From contig JALUCS010000093.1 in NCBI GenBank assembly GCA_027050205.1, positions 31,282 to 95,281 of the forward strand: a stretch of DNA of 64,000 nucleotides. Reading direction: 5' to 3'. Origin of the DNA: a candidate division WOR-3 bacterium (lineage in GTDB: Bacteria > Hydrothermota > Hydrothermia > LBFQ01). A program made the position numbers and the translations under genes. Below the pieces are notes generated by a model. It was not told the DNA's origin and made no database searches. It saw only the letters and a list, made by a program, of their open reading frames with translations. How positions within the stretch are numbered: the first letter of the stretch is position 1; each line of letters begins with the position of its first letter. Positions 19,297 through 29,740 of the stretch are shown here, one piece after another.

Positions 19297-21555
19297 CTAC
19301 CTCCCCTCCAATATCTCCGAGATGAGGTAGTACGCTAGGCTCAAGATGGACTCCTCGTCGTCCCCCTTCTGTATGACGTGGGCGGGTTTGCTCAAGCCCA
19401 TCAGGATGGGGCCGACCATCTTTATACGGCAGGAGGCGCTTAGGACCTTGTAGGAGATGTTGGCGGAGTTGAGGTCGGGGAAGATCAGGATGTTGGCCCT
19501 CGTGTTGTGCTGGGCGAAGACGGAGAAGGGGTAAAGCTCCTTCAGGACCTTTGCGTTGAGGAGGACGTCCGCGTGGCCCTCACCCTCGGCGAGTATGTCC
19601 GGGGCCGTCCGACGCAGTATCTTCAGGGCCTCCCTCATCTTCCCAACGGAGGGGTGGTCCGAGGTGCCGAAGTTAGAGAAGGACACGAAGGCCACCCGCG
19701 GCTCCTGTCCGAACTTCCTCGCCACCTCCGAGGCCATCACGGCTATGTGGGCCAGATCCTCGGCCGTGGGGTCGGGGTTGACGGTGGTGTCCGCGAAGAA
19801 GAGGGGGCCAAGGTGCTTGCTTAGGGCGACGTACAGGCCGGCCACCTTCTTCACGCCCTCCCTCGGCTTTATTATCTCAAGGACGGGCCTTAGGGACTCG
19901 TTGTAGTTATGCACGACGCCGTAGAGCATACCGTCCACGTAGCCCTCGTGGAGGAGCATCGTACCGAGGTAGCCCCTGCTCCGGAGTTTGACACAGGCGT
20001 CTGCCTTGGCCAGCCCCTTCCTCCACCTCATCTGCCAGAGCTTCTCGGCGTAGGGCTTCACGTCAAACTTCCAGAGGTCCACTATCTCGTACCGGAACTT
20101 GAGCTGGAGGGCGTTTATCCGCCTCTCTATCACGTCCCTATCACCGATGAGGACGGGGAAGGCCATACCCTCCCGACTTAGGGTGTTGGCCACGCGGAGG
20201 ATGGTCTCGTTGTCCCCCTCCGGGAAGACTATGCGCGGGGCCTCCTTCGGCTTTACGTGGATGAGGGAGCGGGTGAAGCTAACGGCCTTCTCCGTCACGC
20301 CCCGGAGCCTCTCCCTGTACTCCTCTATGTCCAACGTTAGCCGGGCCACTCCGTCCTCCATAGCCGCCTTGGCAACGGCCGGGGCCACCCAGTATATGAG
20401 CCGGGGGTCAAGGGGCTTGGGCAGGATGTAGTCCTTGCCGAAACTAAGGGTGGTGAGGTTGTAGGCCTTCAGGACACTCTCCGGCACGTCCTCTCTTGCA
20501 AGTTTGGCCAGGGCCTCCGCCGCCGCCACCTTCATGTTGTCCGTTATCCTTCTGGCCCTGACGTCCAACGCCCCCCTGAAGATGTAGGGGAAGCCGAGGA
20601 CGTTGTTTAACTGGTTGGGGTAGTCGGACCTCCCCGTGGCAACTATGGCGTCCGGACGAGCCTGGACGGCGACCTCGTAGGGTATCTCCGGGACGGGGTT
20701 TGCGAGGGCGAAGATTATGGGCCTCTCCGCCATCCCCTTGATGTCCTCCGCACTTACGAGGTTGGGGCCGGAGACACCGATGAATACGTCCGCACCCTTG
20801 AGGGCATCCCTCACCGTCCTCTCCTCCGTCTCCACGGCGAAGGCCTCCTTGTAGGGGTTCATCCCCTCCTTCCGGCCCCTGTATATCACGCCCCTTGAGT
20901 CTATCAGCCGCAGGTTCTCCCTTTTCGCCCCGTAATGCACCAACATACGGGCTATGGCTATGCCGGCCGCCCCGGCTCCGAGTATCACTATCTTGACGTC
21001 CTCTATCCGCTTCCCTTGGAGTTCAAGGGCGTTTATGAGGCCGGCCAGGACGATTATGGCCGTACCGTGCTGGTCGTCGTGGAAGACCGGTATGTCTAAG
21101 GCCTCTATGAGCTTCTCCTCTATGTAAAAGCACTTGGGCGCCCTTATGTCCTCAAGGTTTATCCCACCGAAGGTGGGGGAGATGGCCTTGACCACCTCTA
21201 TGAAGTGGTCGGGGTCCTCGGAGCTGACCTCTATGTCTATGGAGTCCACGTCGGCGAGTCGCTTGAAGAGGAGGGACTTCCCCTCCATTACGGGTTTGGC
21301 GGCGAGGGGACCTATGTTTCCGAGGCCGAGGACGGCGGAACCGTCGGATATGACGGCCACAAGGTTGGCCTTGAGGGTGAAGCGATAGACGTCCTCCGGG
21401 TTGGAGTGTATGGCCTTTGAGACCTCGGCCACACCGGGGGTGTATGCTATGGAGAGGTCCCTCTGGGTCTCGGCGGGCTTGGAGGGTACGATGGAGAGCT
21501 TACCGGGTTTTCCCTCTTCGTGGTACCTAAATACCTCCTCTTTGGAGATCTTCAT
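19297..21555 (-). CDS. maeB: NADP-dependent malic enzyme with PTA-like domain
   Basis: AYTPGVA, FHDDQHGT, GAGAAG, ATGRSD and a C-terminal phosphotransacetylase-like domain. Confidence 0.95.
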   Translation of the reverse strand: MKISKEEVFRYHEEGKPGKLSIVPSKPAETQRDLSIAYTPGVAEVSKAIHSNPEDVYRFTLKANLVAVISDGSAVLGLGNIGPLAAKPVMEGKSLLFKRLADVDSIDIEVSSEDPDHFIEVVKAISPTFGGINLEDIRAPKCFYIEEKLIEALDIPVFHDDQHGTAIIVLAGLINALELQGKRIEDVKIVILGAGAAGIAIARMLVHYGAKRENLRLIDSRGVIYRGRKEGMNPYKEAFAVETEERTVRDALKGADVFIGVSGPNLVSAEDIKGMAERPIIFALANPVPEIPYEVAVQARPDAIVATGRSDYPNQLNNVLGFPYIFRGALDVRARRITDNMKVAAAEALAKLAREDVPESVLKAYNLTTLSFGKDYILPKPLDPRLIYWVAPAVAKAAMEDGVARLTLDIEEYRERLRGVTEKAVSFTRSLIHVKPKEAPRIVFPEGDNETILRVANTLSREGMAFPVLIGDRDVIERRINALQLKFRYEIVDLWKFDVKPYAEKLWQMRWRKGLAKADACVKLRSRGYLGTMLLHEGYVDGMLYGVVHNYNESLRPVLEIIKPREGVKKVAGLYVALSKHLGPLFFADTTVNPDPTAEDLAHIAVMASEVARKFGQEPRVAFVSFSNFGTSDHPSVGKMREALKILRRTAPDILAEGEGHADVLLNAKVLKELYPFSVFAQHNTRANILIFPDLNSANISYKVLSASCRIKMVGPILMGLSKPAHVIQKGDDEESILSLAYYLISEILEGR

Positions 21556-21857
21556 GGTACTGCGATTCTACGGGGGCCGCTTTTCCGGTTGCATCCACCC
21601 CTCTGCAACCGTATAATATCTGATAGCCTGAAGCGGGTGGGGGTGGGTATTTATCGCAAAGGTGGAGTTCAACGTTTATTGCAAACATCACCTAAGTGTT
21701 TTAACGTTCTTTTATGCCGGGGTGAGTTATGATTTTGAAAATTGCTAAACAAAAGAAATGACAGGGGGTGGAGAATTTTTGCGATAAATATCTTGGAAAT
21801 TATGTCCGATGTATCGTAGGCCCCGGACCTAACGTGCCTGCCCTATAATTCCCCGTT

Positions 21858-22715
21858 ATGCCCACCCTCATCCGCGAGAACGTACCCCTGGCCCCTTACA
21901 CCACCTTTCGTCTCGGTGGTCCCGCCCGGTACTTCATCAACGCCCGTACGGTTGAGGACGTAGTGGAGGGTGTGAAGTTCGCCCTGGACAGGAACCTCCG
22001 GATTCTGCCCCTCGGCGCTGGTTCGGACGTCCTGATCTCCGACTCCGGATTTGACGGCCTCGTGATCAGGTTGGCCAACCTCCGTGGGGTGAAGGTCAGG
22101 GGCGATAGGGCCTACCTGATGGCCGGTGAGCCTCTCCCCCGCATAGCGAGAGAGATGGCCGAGAGGGGGTTGAGTGGCTTTGAGTACGTGGTCGGTGTTC
22201 CGGGTACGGTGGGTGGGGGAGTGGCGAAGAACGCCGGCGCCCACGGTAGGGAGATAAGGGACATCCTGGTGGAGGCCTACGTCGTAGACGGCGAAGGAAA
22301 CGTACGCACGTACAGAAGGGACGAGCTGGGGCTGGCCTATCGTTCCTCTCTACTTCCGGAACTTGGGATCCTCGTGGAGGCCCTGTTCAAGTTGGAGGAG
22401 GACGACCCCGCCGCCATCAGGGACCGGATAGAGGAGTTCCTAACCTACCGGGAGAGGAGCCAACCCTGGACGGAGAGGACGGCCGGTTGTATGTTTAAAA
22501 ACCCCCCCGGTGAGTACGCCGGGAGGCTCATAGATCTAGCCGGTCTCAAGGGGTTCAGGGTGGGAGGTGTGAAGGTGTCGGAGAAGCACGCCAACTTCTT
22601 CGTGAACGAGGGTGGGACGGCAGACGATGCGATAAGACTCATAGAGTACGTGCGCGACCGCGTAAGGAGGGCTTTTGGTATAGAACTGGAGGTAGAAATT
22701 GAGATCGTCAGATAG
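21858..22715 (+). CDS. murB: UDP-N-acetylenolpyruvoylglucosamine reductase
   Basis: TTFRLGGPA, PGTVGG, NAGAHG, FKNP and KHANF. Confidence 0.95.
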   Translation: MPTLIRENVPLAPYTTFRLGGPARYFINARTVEDVVEGVKFALDRNLRILPLGAGSDVLISDSGFDGLVIRLANLRGVKVRGDRAYLMAGEPLPRIAREMAERGLSGFEYVVGVPGTVGGGVAKNAGAHGREIRDILVEAYVVDGEGNVRTYRRDELGLAYRSSLLPELGILVEALFKLEEDDPAAIRDRIEEFLTYRERSQPWTERTAGCMFKNPPGEYAGRLIDLAGLKGFRVGGVKVSEKHANFFVNEGGTADDAIRLIEYVRDRVRRAFGIELEVEIEIVR

Positions 22716-23922
22716 GGAAATCTCTGGGGTCCTGGTGATAGATCTGGGAGCCTTCAGGACGAGGGCTGCGATGGTGGGGACCGCAGGGGTCTCCAAGGTG
22801 GAAGAGGTGAAGACGAGGGGCTTTACGGGGTACATATCCAACTTGGACGCCCTTACAGAAACGGTGCGGGAGATAGTCAGCAGGCTTGCGAGCAGTGTCC
22901 AACTACCGCAGGACGGGGTCGTACCCACGGTCCTGGCCGTGCATCTGAAGGACAGTACCCTCTTCAAGGTATCCGACCACGAGATCTCGGTCTCCCACTC
23001 CTCCGAGGACGGACGGGTCACCAACGAGCAGGTGGAGAAGCTCCATACGGAGCTGAAGGAGAAAATAACGGGGACGGACGGACACGCCCTCTTCTTCGCC
23101 GTATCCCGCTACCGGGTGGTGCAGAAGGGAAAGGAGAGGGACGTCGAGAATCCCAGAGGGCTTAGGGTTGATATCCTGAAAGGTAGGGCTGTAGGGGTGG
23201 TCGTGACGCGGGACATATACGAGAACCTGATGGACGTGTTCAGGGAGTACAACCACCTGTACGGGGAACCCGAACTGGAGCCTCTCGGTGCTTACAGCTC
23301 TCCCATATGCGCCGCCCTCGGTGCGGTGGAGCTGGGCGTGGACCTGCACGTCCACCTGGACCTCGGCCACACCTCCTTCCGGGTAATAAAGCTCATAAAC
23401 GGCCGGGTGTTCTCCTACGGCGAGTACGGAAAGGGCGGACACAGCATCATAAAGGCCATAAGCTCCACCTTGAGCATACCGCCGAGGTACAGCTTTGAGG
23501 TCTTAGAGCGGTACCTCAAGGAGGGGAGCCGGATCGTTCAGGTTCAGGGGAAGAGCATAGACACCACCATAGTTGAAGGGATCCTCCGCCGGACCTTCTC
23601 GGAGTTCTTAGGGAGCGACACCGTAAGGGAGGTCGTTGGAAACGGCGACAGGGCCTTCACCTTAAGCGTATCCGGGGGTCTAGCCAACTACCGCCGTATA
23701 AACGAGTACATATCCGACGCCGGTTTCCCCGAACCGTTGGCCTTTACGGACGTACCGCCGGAGCAACTCGTCTTCCACGGGGCGTCCAAGCTGATGAGGG
23801 ACATCTCCCCCCTTGAGGGTAAGCCCAACAGGAACGGCTCCTTCCGTGGGAAGGGGTGGGGTAAGAAGTTCCTTGACTTCCTGAAGAGGGAGGTCTTCGG
23901 CATAGAGGAAAAAGGAGGTTAA
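22699..23922 (+). CDS. ftsA: Divergent cell division protein FtsA
   Basis: Actin-fold motifs IDLG, LDLG and SGG; NPRGL; C-terminal amphipathic helix; immediately upstream of ftsZ. Confidence 0.7.
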   Translation: MRSSDREISGVLVIDLGAFRTRAAMVGTAGVSKVEEVKTRGFTGYISNLDALTETVREIVSRLASSVQLPQDGVVPTVLAVHLKDSTLFKVSDHEISVSHSSEDGRVTNEQVEKLHTELKEKITGTDGHALFFAVSRYRVVQKGKERDVENPRGLRVDILKGRAVGVVVTRDIYENLMDVFREYNHLYGEPELEPLGAYSSPICAALGAVELGVDLHVHLDLGHTSFRVIKLINGRVFSYGEYGKGGHSIIKAISSTLSIPPRYSFEVLERYLKEGSRIVQVQGKSIDTTIVEGILRRTFSEFLGSDTVREVVGNGDRAFTLSVSGGLANYRRINEYISDAGFPEPLAFTDVPPEQLVFHGASKLMRDISPLEGKPNRNGSFRGKGWGKKFLDFLKREVFGIEEKGG

Positions 23923-23924
23923 GT

Positions 23925-25049
23925 ATGATTGATCGCGACGAGGAACAGAGTACGCAGATACTACTGGTGGGAATCGGAGGAGCCGGCTGCAACATCGTGG
24001 ATCAGGTGGCCGGTCAGTATATCAACCCAGCGACCTACCCCTATAAGGTGGACGTGTATGCCATAAACACGGACAGGCAGAACCTCCGCAATCTACAGAA
24101 CGTGGGTATGACCATACAGCTGGGGAAGAAGGGAAGAGGAGCTGGCTCCGATCCGGAGAGGGGGAGGAGGCTGGCCCTGAAGGCCATAAGCGACGGAGCG
24201 CTGGATGCCCTGAAGCACTCCCCCGACGGTGAGGAGGCGCCGGAGTACGACCTCATCCTCGTGACCGCTGGCCTCGGCGGTGGAACGGGGACGGGATCGG
24301 GTCCGGTGATAGTGGAGTACCTGAGGGAGATGTTTCCCGAAGCTCTGATAATGGGCATACTCATATACCCGGAGGATATGGAGGCTGGGGTGAAGACGGA
24401 GATAGCGAAACAGGGGTTGGCGGAATACTACGGATTACTTGACTCCATAGTCGTCATAAACAACGGCAGCATAGTGGACCCCAACAAACCCATAAGCGAA
24501 GCCTACGAGCTGGCCGACAAGTACGTGGCCAACACCATTATGACCATCTTAGACATAAGCGAAGACTACGGTAAGCCCAACCTCGACTTCAACGACATCC
24601 AGAAGGCCTTGGAACCGCCGAGACCGGGGGAGCAGAACGTCTCCAAGTTCGCCTTCGTCTCCACCATAGAGCTTCCGAGCGCCAACGACGTCTCCAAGGT
24701 GGCAGACATCCTAAACGAGAGGAAGAAGCACCTGTCCATAAAGAGCTTCAGCGGCGCCCGTACCCTCCTCGTGGGCTTCTTCCACAGCGGCAAGTCCCTT
24801 ACGTGGGAGAAGGCCCAGGCCGTGGTAAGCATCCTGAAGAACGAGATCATAATGGCGGGGCGGCAGCCTTACGTTAAGGCCGGAGACTTCACGAAGAACA
24901 AGGAGGGTATGCTGGACCGGGTCAAGATCTCCGTAATCATATCCGGCGTGAATCCCGACTCCTATATCCTCAACGCCCTCCAGGACGCCGCCGCCGAGAG
25001 GGAGGTGGAGGAGATCCTCAAGGGTTTCCAGGATGAAAGAGGCACTTAA
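23925..25049 (+). CDS. ftsZ: Divergent FtsZ
   Basis: GIGGAGCN, AINTD, GAGSDP, tubulin signature GGGTGTG and T7 loop NLDFND. AAGGAGGT Shine-Dalgarno. Confidence 0.88.
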   Translation: MIDRDEEQSTQILLVGIGGAGCNIVDQVAGQYINPATYPYKVDVYAINTDRQNLRNLQNVGMTIQLGKKGRGAGSDPERGRRLALKAISDGALDALKHSPDGEEAPEYDLILVTAGLGGGTGTGSGPVIVEYLREMFPEALIMGILIYPEDMEAGVKTEIAKQGLAEYYGLLDSIVVINNGSIVDPNKPISEAYELADKYVANTIMTILDISEDYGKPNLDFNDIQKALEPPRPGEQNVSKFAFVSTIELPSANDVSKVADILNERKKHLSIKSFSGARTLLVGFFHSGKSLTWEKAQAVVSILKNEIIMAGRQPYVKAGDFTKNKEGMLDRVKISVIISGVNPDSYILNALQDAAAEREVEEILKGFQDERGT

Positions 25050-25860
25050 GGCCTTCCTCGCCGCCTCCTACCGGAGCGTCTTCGCCGTCCTCGGTATAAC
25101 CCTATCCATCTTCATGGTCGTCCTGACGGCTAACGCCACCTACGTGTCTTACTACACGTACTCCCGAATCAGGGACGCCGTACGTATAGAGGTGTTTCCC
25201 GCCGTAAGGGCGGAGGAGGTGGAGTCCTTCCTGAAGGTTCTCGGAGGTGTGGAGAGGGTGGAGATCGTGAGCGAGAGGGAGGCCCGCGAGGAGTTCGTGA
25301 AGCTCTATCCCCAGCTCGCTGACCTCCTCAACCGCCTGGGCGAGGACGTTTTCTACCCTATGCTCCGGGTCTATCCCAAGGACCACTGGAGGGATGTACG
25401 GTTCCTGGACCTCCTAAGCGGGGAGATCTCCGCTTACAGGGGTGTGGCGGGGGTGTATTACGGGAGGGAATGGCTGAAGGCCGCCCAAGACTTCTTCAAC
25501 TTCCTCTTAGGCGCCAACGTGGTGGTCCTCCTTACGGCCTTCGTAGTTAGTCTCCTCGTCTCCTTCTACACCGTGAGGTTCGTCGTGCATCACCGTAGGA
25601 ACCTGATAGAGATCCTCCGTCTCGCCGGCGTTTCCCCCTTCCGTCTCCGCTATCCCTACGTCCTCCTCTCCGTCCTCTACACCCTCGTATCTTGGGCAGT
25701 GGTCGCCCCGTTGGTTCTGTACTTTGCCGGACGGTACGACCCCGTTCCGGGTATCCTACGGTTCAACGCCCTCCTCTTGGGCGGCATCCTCGTCGTCGTA
25801 CTCGTAACGACCACCTTCGGGAGCTTGAGGGCCTTAACGGACCTGGAGAGGGGACTCTGA
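25033..25860 (+). CDS. ftsX: FtsX-like permease
   Basis: One N-terminal TM, a periplasmic domain (VSEREAREEF), IEILRLAG and further TMs. Confidence 0.7.
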   Translation: MKEALKAFLAASYRSVFAVLGITLSIFMVVLTANATYVSYYTYSRIRDAVRIEVFPAVRAEEVESFLKVLGGVERVEIVSEREAREEFVKLYPQLADLLNRLGEDVFYPMLRVYPKDHWRDVRFLDLLSGEISAYRGVAGVYYGREWLKAAQDFFNFLLGANVVVLLTAFVVSLLVSFYTVRFVVHHRRNLIEILRLAGVSPFRLRYPYVLLSVLYTLVSWAVVAPLVLYFAGRYDPVPGILRFNALLLGGILVVVLVTTTFGSLRALTDLERGL

Positions 25861-25861
25861 T

Positions 25862-26344
25862 TCAGAACTTCAGGGTTCGGGAGAGCTTTACGGGGTAGGG
25901 GATACTCTGCTTACCTACGAAGGGTAGGTTGAACTCCATGTAGGCCTTACCCTCCACTCCTACGTTCGCCCTCCGGGAGTTTATCACCCCCATTATCCGG
26001 TTCGCGGCCCCCTTGAGGTAGGAGTACCTGACGGATACGGTGATGGGTACGGTGGCCGAGGATCTGGCCTTTACCGTCCTCCCGAAGGTATTGGATACGT
26101 CCGCCACCTTTATGCCCTCCAACTTTACGCTGCCAACGAAGCGGTCCAGGACGGCATCCACCGGGTTGGGATTCTGAACGGACAGGAGGACGTCCATAGA
26201 GAAGCCGCTCAAGCTTACGCTCTTCAGCCGGGCGCCCGCCAGGGAGAACTTACAGTCCTTCAGGGCGACCCTCTTCTGGATGAGGGAGCAACCGGCGGTC
26301 AGGGCAGCCGCCGAAAAGAGGGCTAAAACTACGAAGGTGCGCAT
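25862..26344 (-). CDS. LEA_2/WHy-domain lipoprotein
   Basis: Lipobox TAGC and VQNPN motif. Confidence 0.8.
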   Translation of the reverse strand: MRTFVVLALFSAAALTAGCSLIQKRVALKDCKFSLAGARLKSVSLSGFSMDVLLSVQNPNPVDAVLDRFVGSVKLEGIKVADVSNTFGRTVKARSSATVPITVSVRYSYLKGAANRIMGVINSRRANVGVEGKAYMEFNLPFVGKQSIPYPVKLSRTLKF

Positions 26345-26353
26345 ACCGCTATT

Positions 26354-27307
26354 CTAAGGGGTTTCGCCCCTTAGGTAGGCCTCAAGGAGGCTCTCAAAGT
26401 CGGGGAGGCGGATGATGTCCCGCAGGACCCTCGCCTTGTAGTGGAGGGCCATGCTCTCCACGACCGTAGCCGTCGCCTTAAGGGGGTGGAGTTTCACCCT
26501 GTACTTGGGTAAGGTTATGCCGAGCAGTTCCGTCTCCTCAACTGGCCTCTCCTCACCTTCGGAGAGTTCAACCACCACGTGGAGAGGGTACTGCCTCCTG
26601 ACCGCCCCCACGCCGAAGTAGTGGGGTACGTACACCGTCCCCACCCCCCTAATGAGCATAAAGAACATGAAGTCCTCCCTACCCGGAGGGGGTTCCGCGA
26701 GGAGGGAGTTCGGGGGGTACCTACGGATCAGGACGACGTCGTCCGCTACGAAGCGATGGCCTCTCCTTATCAGCTCAAGGGCGGTCTCGCTCTTTCCTAC
26801 GCCGGGCTTCCCAACTATGAGGACGCCGACGCCGTAGATCTCCACCATGACGCCGTGGACAGTCGTACGGGGGGCGAGGAGGTAGGTTAGCCTATCGGCC
26901 ATACGGGCCATAAAGTACGGAGTCTGGATAGGGGTAGATAGGACAGGGGTACGGTAGGTTCGGGCGACCTCAAGGATTACGGTTATTAGGCTGTCGGGGA
27001 GTTTCCTGCCAGAGGCAGTTAGGACGACAGCCGGTACCTTCCTAGAGAAGAGGAGGGACAGGGCCTTCCGGACCTCCCTTCGGCCCTTCTCACGCATAAG
27101 GTGAAGGAGGTAGGCCCTCTCGGTGAGGCCGAGGATCTGGATCCTCTCGCGGGGGAACTCACGGGTGAAGCCGGCGAGTAGTAGCCCTGGACGGTTGAGG
27201 TCCGGGGACCTCACCTTACGGCGTAGGAGCCTCCTCCCGTATATGATCTCAAGGGGTCCCGGAAAGTGGCGGATCACCTCCTCAAGTCTCACGGTCGGGG
27301 ACCTCAC
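26354..27307 (-). CDS. hprK: HPr kinase/phosphorylase
   Basis: NRPGL, HGVMVEIYGVGVLI, GKPGVGKSETALEL and ADD. Confidence 0.93.
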   Translation of the reverse strand: MRSPTVRLEEVIRHFPGPLEIIYGRRLLRRKVRSPDLNRPGLLLAGFTREFPRERIQILGLTERAYLLHLMREKGRREVRKALSLLFSRKVPAVVLTASGRKLPDSLITVILEVARTYRTPVLSTPIQTPYFMARMADRLTYLLAPRTTVHGVMVEIYGVGVLIVGKPGVGKSETALELIRRGHRFVADDVVLIRRYPPNSLLAEPPPGREDFMFFMLIRGVGTVYVPHYFGVGAVRRQYPLHVVVELSEGEERPVEETELLGITLPKYRVKLHPLKATATVVESMALHYKARVLRDIIRLPDFESLLEAYLRGETP

Positions 27308-28083
27308 CTCTCCCCTCCCATCTTCCGAACCATCACCTTCAGGATCCTCTGGGGGGACACCTCCACCGCCTTGAACTCCACGTCATCCACCCTCAACACC
27401 TCCCCCTCCTCCGGCATGCTCCCCAACTTCTCTATCATAAACCCCCCTACGCTCGTACTCTCGGTCTCCCCGAAGTCCACCTCAAGCAGGTCCTCCAACT
27501 CGCTTATGGGCATCTGGGCGTTTACGAGGTAACCCCCATCCGGGAGTTCCTCGTACAAGCTCTCCGGTTTGTCATGCTCCTCGTATATGTCCCCCACTAT
27601 CTCCTCCACGAGGTCCTCTATGGTGACTATCCCGATGGGGCTGCCGTACTCATCCACCACTATCCCGATGGACACCCTCCTCTTCTGCATCTCCTTCAGG
27701 GCGTTGTAGCAGCTCTGGGTAGCGGGGACGAAGAAGGGGGGCTTCATTATATCCGCAACTTTCATACGGTTCAGGTCTTTGTCCAGATGGAGCAGGACGT
27801 CTTTCATGTAAGCCACCCCTACTATATCCGCCCCCTCGGACACCCCAGAGGAACGTACAGGGTACTTGGAGTACAGATGCTCCCTGAATTTGGCGACAAG
27901 GTCCATCAGGGTGTCGTCCTCCGAGACCATCACCACGTCCACGCGGGGCCTCATAACCTCCTCCGCCGTCTTGGAGAGGAGACGATGGACACCCTTCAGG
28001 AGCTTCTCCACCTCCTTGTCCTTCTCCGCCCGTTTCTTCAGATCGTTAAGCAGCTCGTCCAGACCGTTCCTCTTGAAAAACAT
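27304..28083 (-). CDS. CBS-pair/CorC-HlyC domain protein
   Basis: EVMRPRVD, VVDEYG, TIEDLVEEIVG and a CorC C-terminus. Confidence 0.9.
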   Translation of the reverse strand: MFFKRNGLDELLNDLKKRAEKDKEVEKLLKGVHRLLSKTAEEVMRPRVDVVMVSEDDTLMDLVAKFREHLYSKYPVRSSGVSEGADIVGVAYMKDVLLHLDKDLNRMKVADIMKPPFFVPATQSCYNALKEMQKRRVSIGIVVDEYGSPIGIVTIEDLVEEIVGDIYEEHDKPESLYEELPDGGYLVNAQMPISELEDLLEVDFGETESTSVGGFMIEKLGSMPEEGEVLRVDDVEFKAVEVSPQRILKVMVRKMGGER

Positions 28084-28660
28084 TTATCAGTCCTCCGGAT
28101 ATTAGGGCCTTCAGGGCGTCCTCTACGCTCATCTTGGCCTCCGACACCTTTCCCTTCCTGACCAGAAGGAGGAACCCCGTAGTGGGGTTGGGGGTGGAGG
28201 GTAGAAAGACCACGTACTCGTCTGTGGTCTCGTCCGTCACGAAGCCGAGCATCCTCTTCCCCTCCCCCACCTCTATCCACACAACCTTCCTGAAGGCCAC
28301 CTTCCGCGGTATGTTATAGACGGCGTTTATGGTGTCCTTGGCTATACGGTAGATGTGCTGGAGGACGGGGATGCTTAGGAAGATCTCGTCAAGGAAGCCG
28401 AATAGAGCCTTTCCGAGGTAGGTCGTGGCAAACCAACCTACGACGTATATGACGGCCAACATTATCAGGAGGGAGGGGACAAGGAGGACGACGTAGGGGA
28501 CGGGTTCCAACACTCTGGATAGGGGACGGGCCAGCCATCCGGCTATGAAGTTAGTAATGAAGACGACCACCCAGGCCGTCACGAACAGGGGGGCGAGAAC
28601 AACCACCCCTGCTATCAGCCTCTGGCGAAACCTCAACCGCCGTTCACCGCCCTCGTTCAT
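28046..28660 (-). CDS. DUF502 membrane protein
   Basis: VFLPSTPNPTTGF signature. Confidence 0.88.
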   Translation of the reverse strand: MNEGGERRLRFRQRLIAGVVVLAPLFVTAWVVVFITNFIAGWLARPLSRVLEPVPYVVLLVPSLLIMLAVIYVVGWFATTYLGKALFGFLDEIFLSIPVLQHIYRIAKDTINAVYNIPRKVAFRKVVWIEVGEGKRMLGFVTDETTDEYVVFLPSTPNPTTGFLLLVRKGKVSEAKMSVEDALKALISGGLINVFQEERSGRAA

Positions 28661-29130
28661 ACCAGTCTAACTTTGAACAGGGGCTGCCCGTACTCCACGG
28701 GGTGGGCGTTCTCCACGAGGACCTCCTCTATTATGCCGTCCACGTCGGACTTTATCTCGTTCATTATCTTCATCGCCTCTATTATGCACACCACGTCCCC
28801 CTTCCTCACCCTGTCCCCCTCCTTGACGAAAGGCTCCGCCCCCGGCGCCGGCGCCCTGTAGAAGGTCCCCACCATAGGCGCCCGTATGTAATGGACGTTC
28901 TCCTCCTTCTCGCTCGCCTCCTCCTTAGATCCCTCGGCTTTGGGAGGTTCCGGGGATGGAGGGGGAGGGGGCGTATAGGATGGCGCCGGAGCCTCGGCGT
29001 ACTTGGAGAGCTTCAGCTTGAAGTCCTTCGTGGATAGCTCCAACTTCGCTACGCCGCTCTCCTCAAACACCTTCACTATCTCCTTAAGGAGGTCCAGACT
29101 GAAGCCCCTGCCTTTCTTGGAATCGGCCAT
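28657..29130 (-). CDS. accB: Biotin carboxyl carrier protein
   Basis: PMVGTFY and EAMKIMNEI biotin lysine motif. Confidence 0.95.
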   Translation of the reverse strand: MADSKKGRGFSLDLLKEIVKVFEESGVAKLELSTKDFKLKLSKYAEAPAPSYTPPPPPSPEPPKAEGSKEEASEKEENVHYIRAPMVGTFYRAPAPGAEPFVKEGDRVRKGDVVCIIEAMKIMNEIKSDVDGIIEEVLVENAHPVEYGQPLFKVRLV

Positions 29131-29131
29131 A

Positions 29132-29680
29132 TCAAGCCCTGCCTATGTACTCCCCCGTACGGGTATCCACCTTTACGACGTCTCCGGGGTTGATGAAGAG
29201 GGGGACCTTTATGACCTTTCCGGTCTCAAGGGTTGCGGGCTTGGAGCCTCCGCTCACGGTGTCCCCCCTTACGCCGGGAGGGGTATCTACGACCTCTAAC
29301 TCCACGACCGTGGGCAGCTCCACCGTAACGGGGCGGTTGTCGGCGTAGACTATCTGGACCTCAAGACCCTCCTTGAGGTAATGGACGGCCTCCCCCAGGT
29401 CCTCGGCCGAGAAGGTTATGTCCTCGTAGGTTTCGGCGTCAAGGAAGTGATAGAAGTCGCCGTCCCTGTAGGAGAATATGGCGGGCTTCCGCTCCACCAT
29501 CACGAACTCTATGCTGTCAAGGTCCCGGATGGTGAAGGTCTGCACCCTACCCGTGTTGAGGTCCTTGAGCTTGGCGGAGACGGTGGCACCTCCACGTCCC
29601 TTGTGGATGTGCTGAAAGTCCAAGACGATGTACTCCCTACCCTCGTACCTTATGACGGAGCCAACTCGCAGACTTGCCAT
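29132..29680 (-). CDS. efp: Elongation factor P
   Basis: GRGGA loop, PGVRGDT and KPATLETG. Confidence 0.96.
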   Translation of the reverse strand: MASLRVGSVIRYEGREYIVLDFQHIHKGRGGATVSAKLKDLNTGRVQTFTIRDLDSIEFVMVERKPAIFSYRDGDFYHFLDAETYEDITFSAEDLGEAVHYLKEGLEVQIVYADNRPVTVELPTVVELEVVDTPPGVRGDTVSGGSKPATLETGKVIKVPLFINPGDVVKVDTRTGEYIGRA

Positions 29681-29740
29681 TCTCCGGGAATTATACGGGA
29701 GGACACCCTACGTCGCCGTTCCCCTCTAAAATACGGGTGC

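Noticed and set aside
29381..29740. N-terminal extensions of track ORFs (also 6013, 13181, 35693, 42807, 57261)
   Set aside because: They overlap neighbouring genes, tRNAs or promoters. Downstream starts fit -10 or SD signals better.
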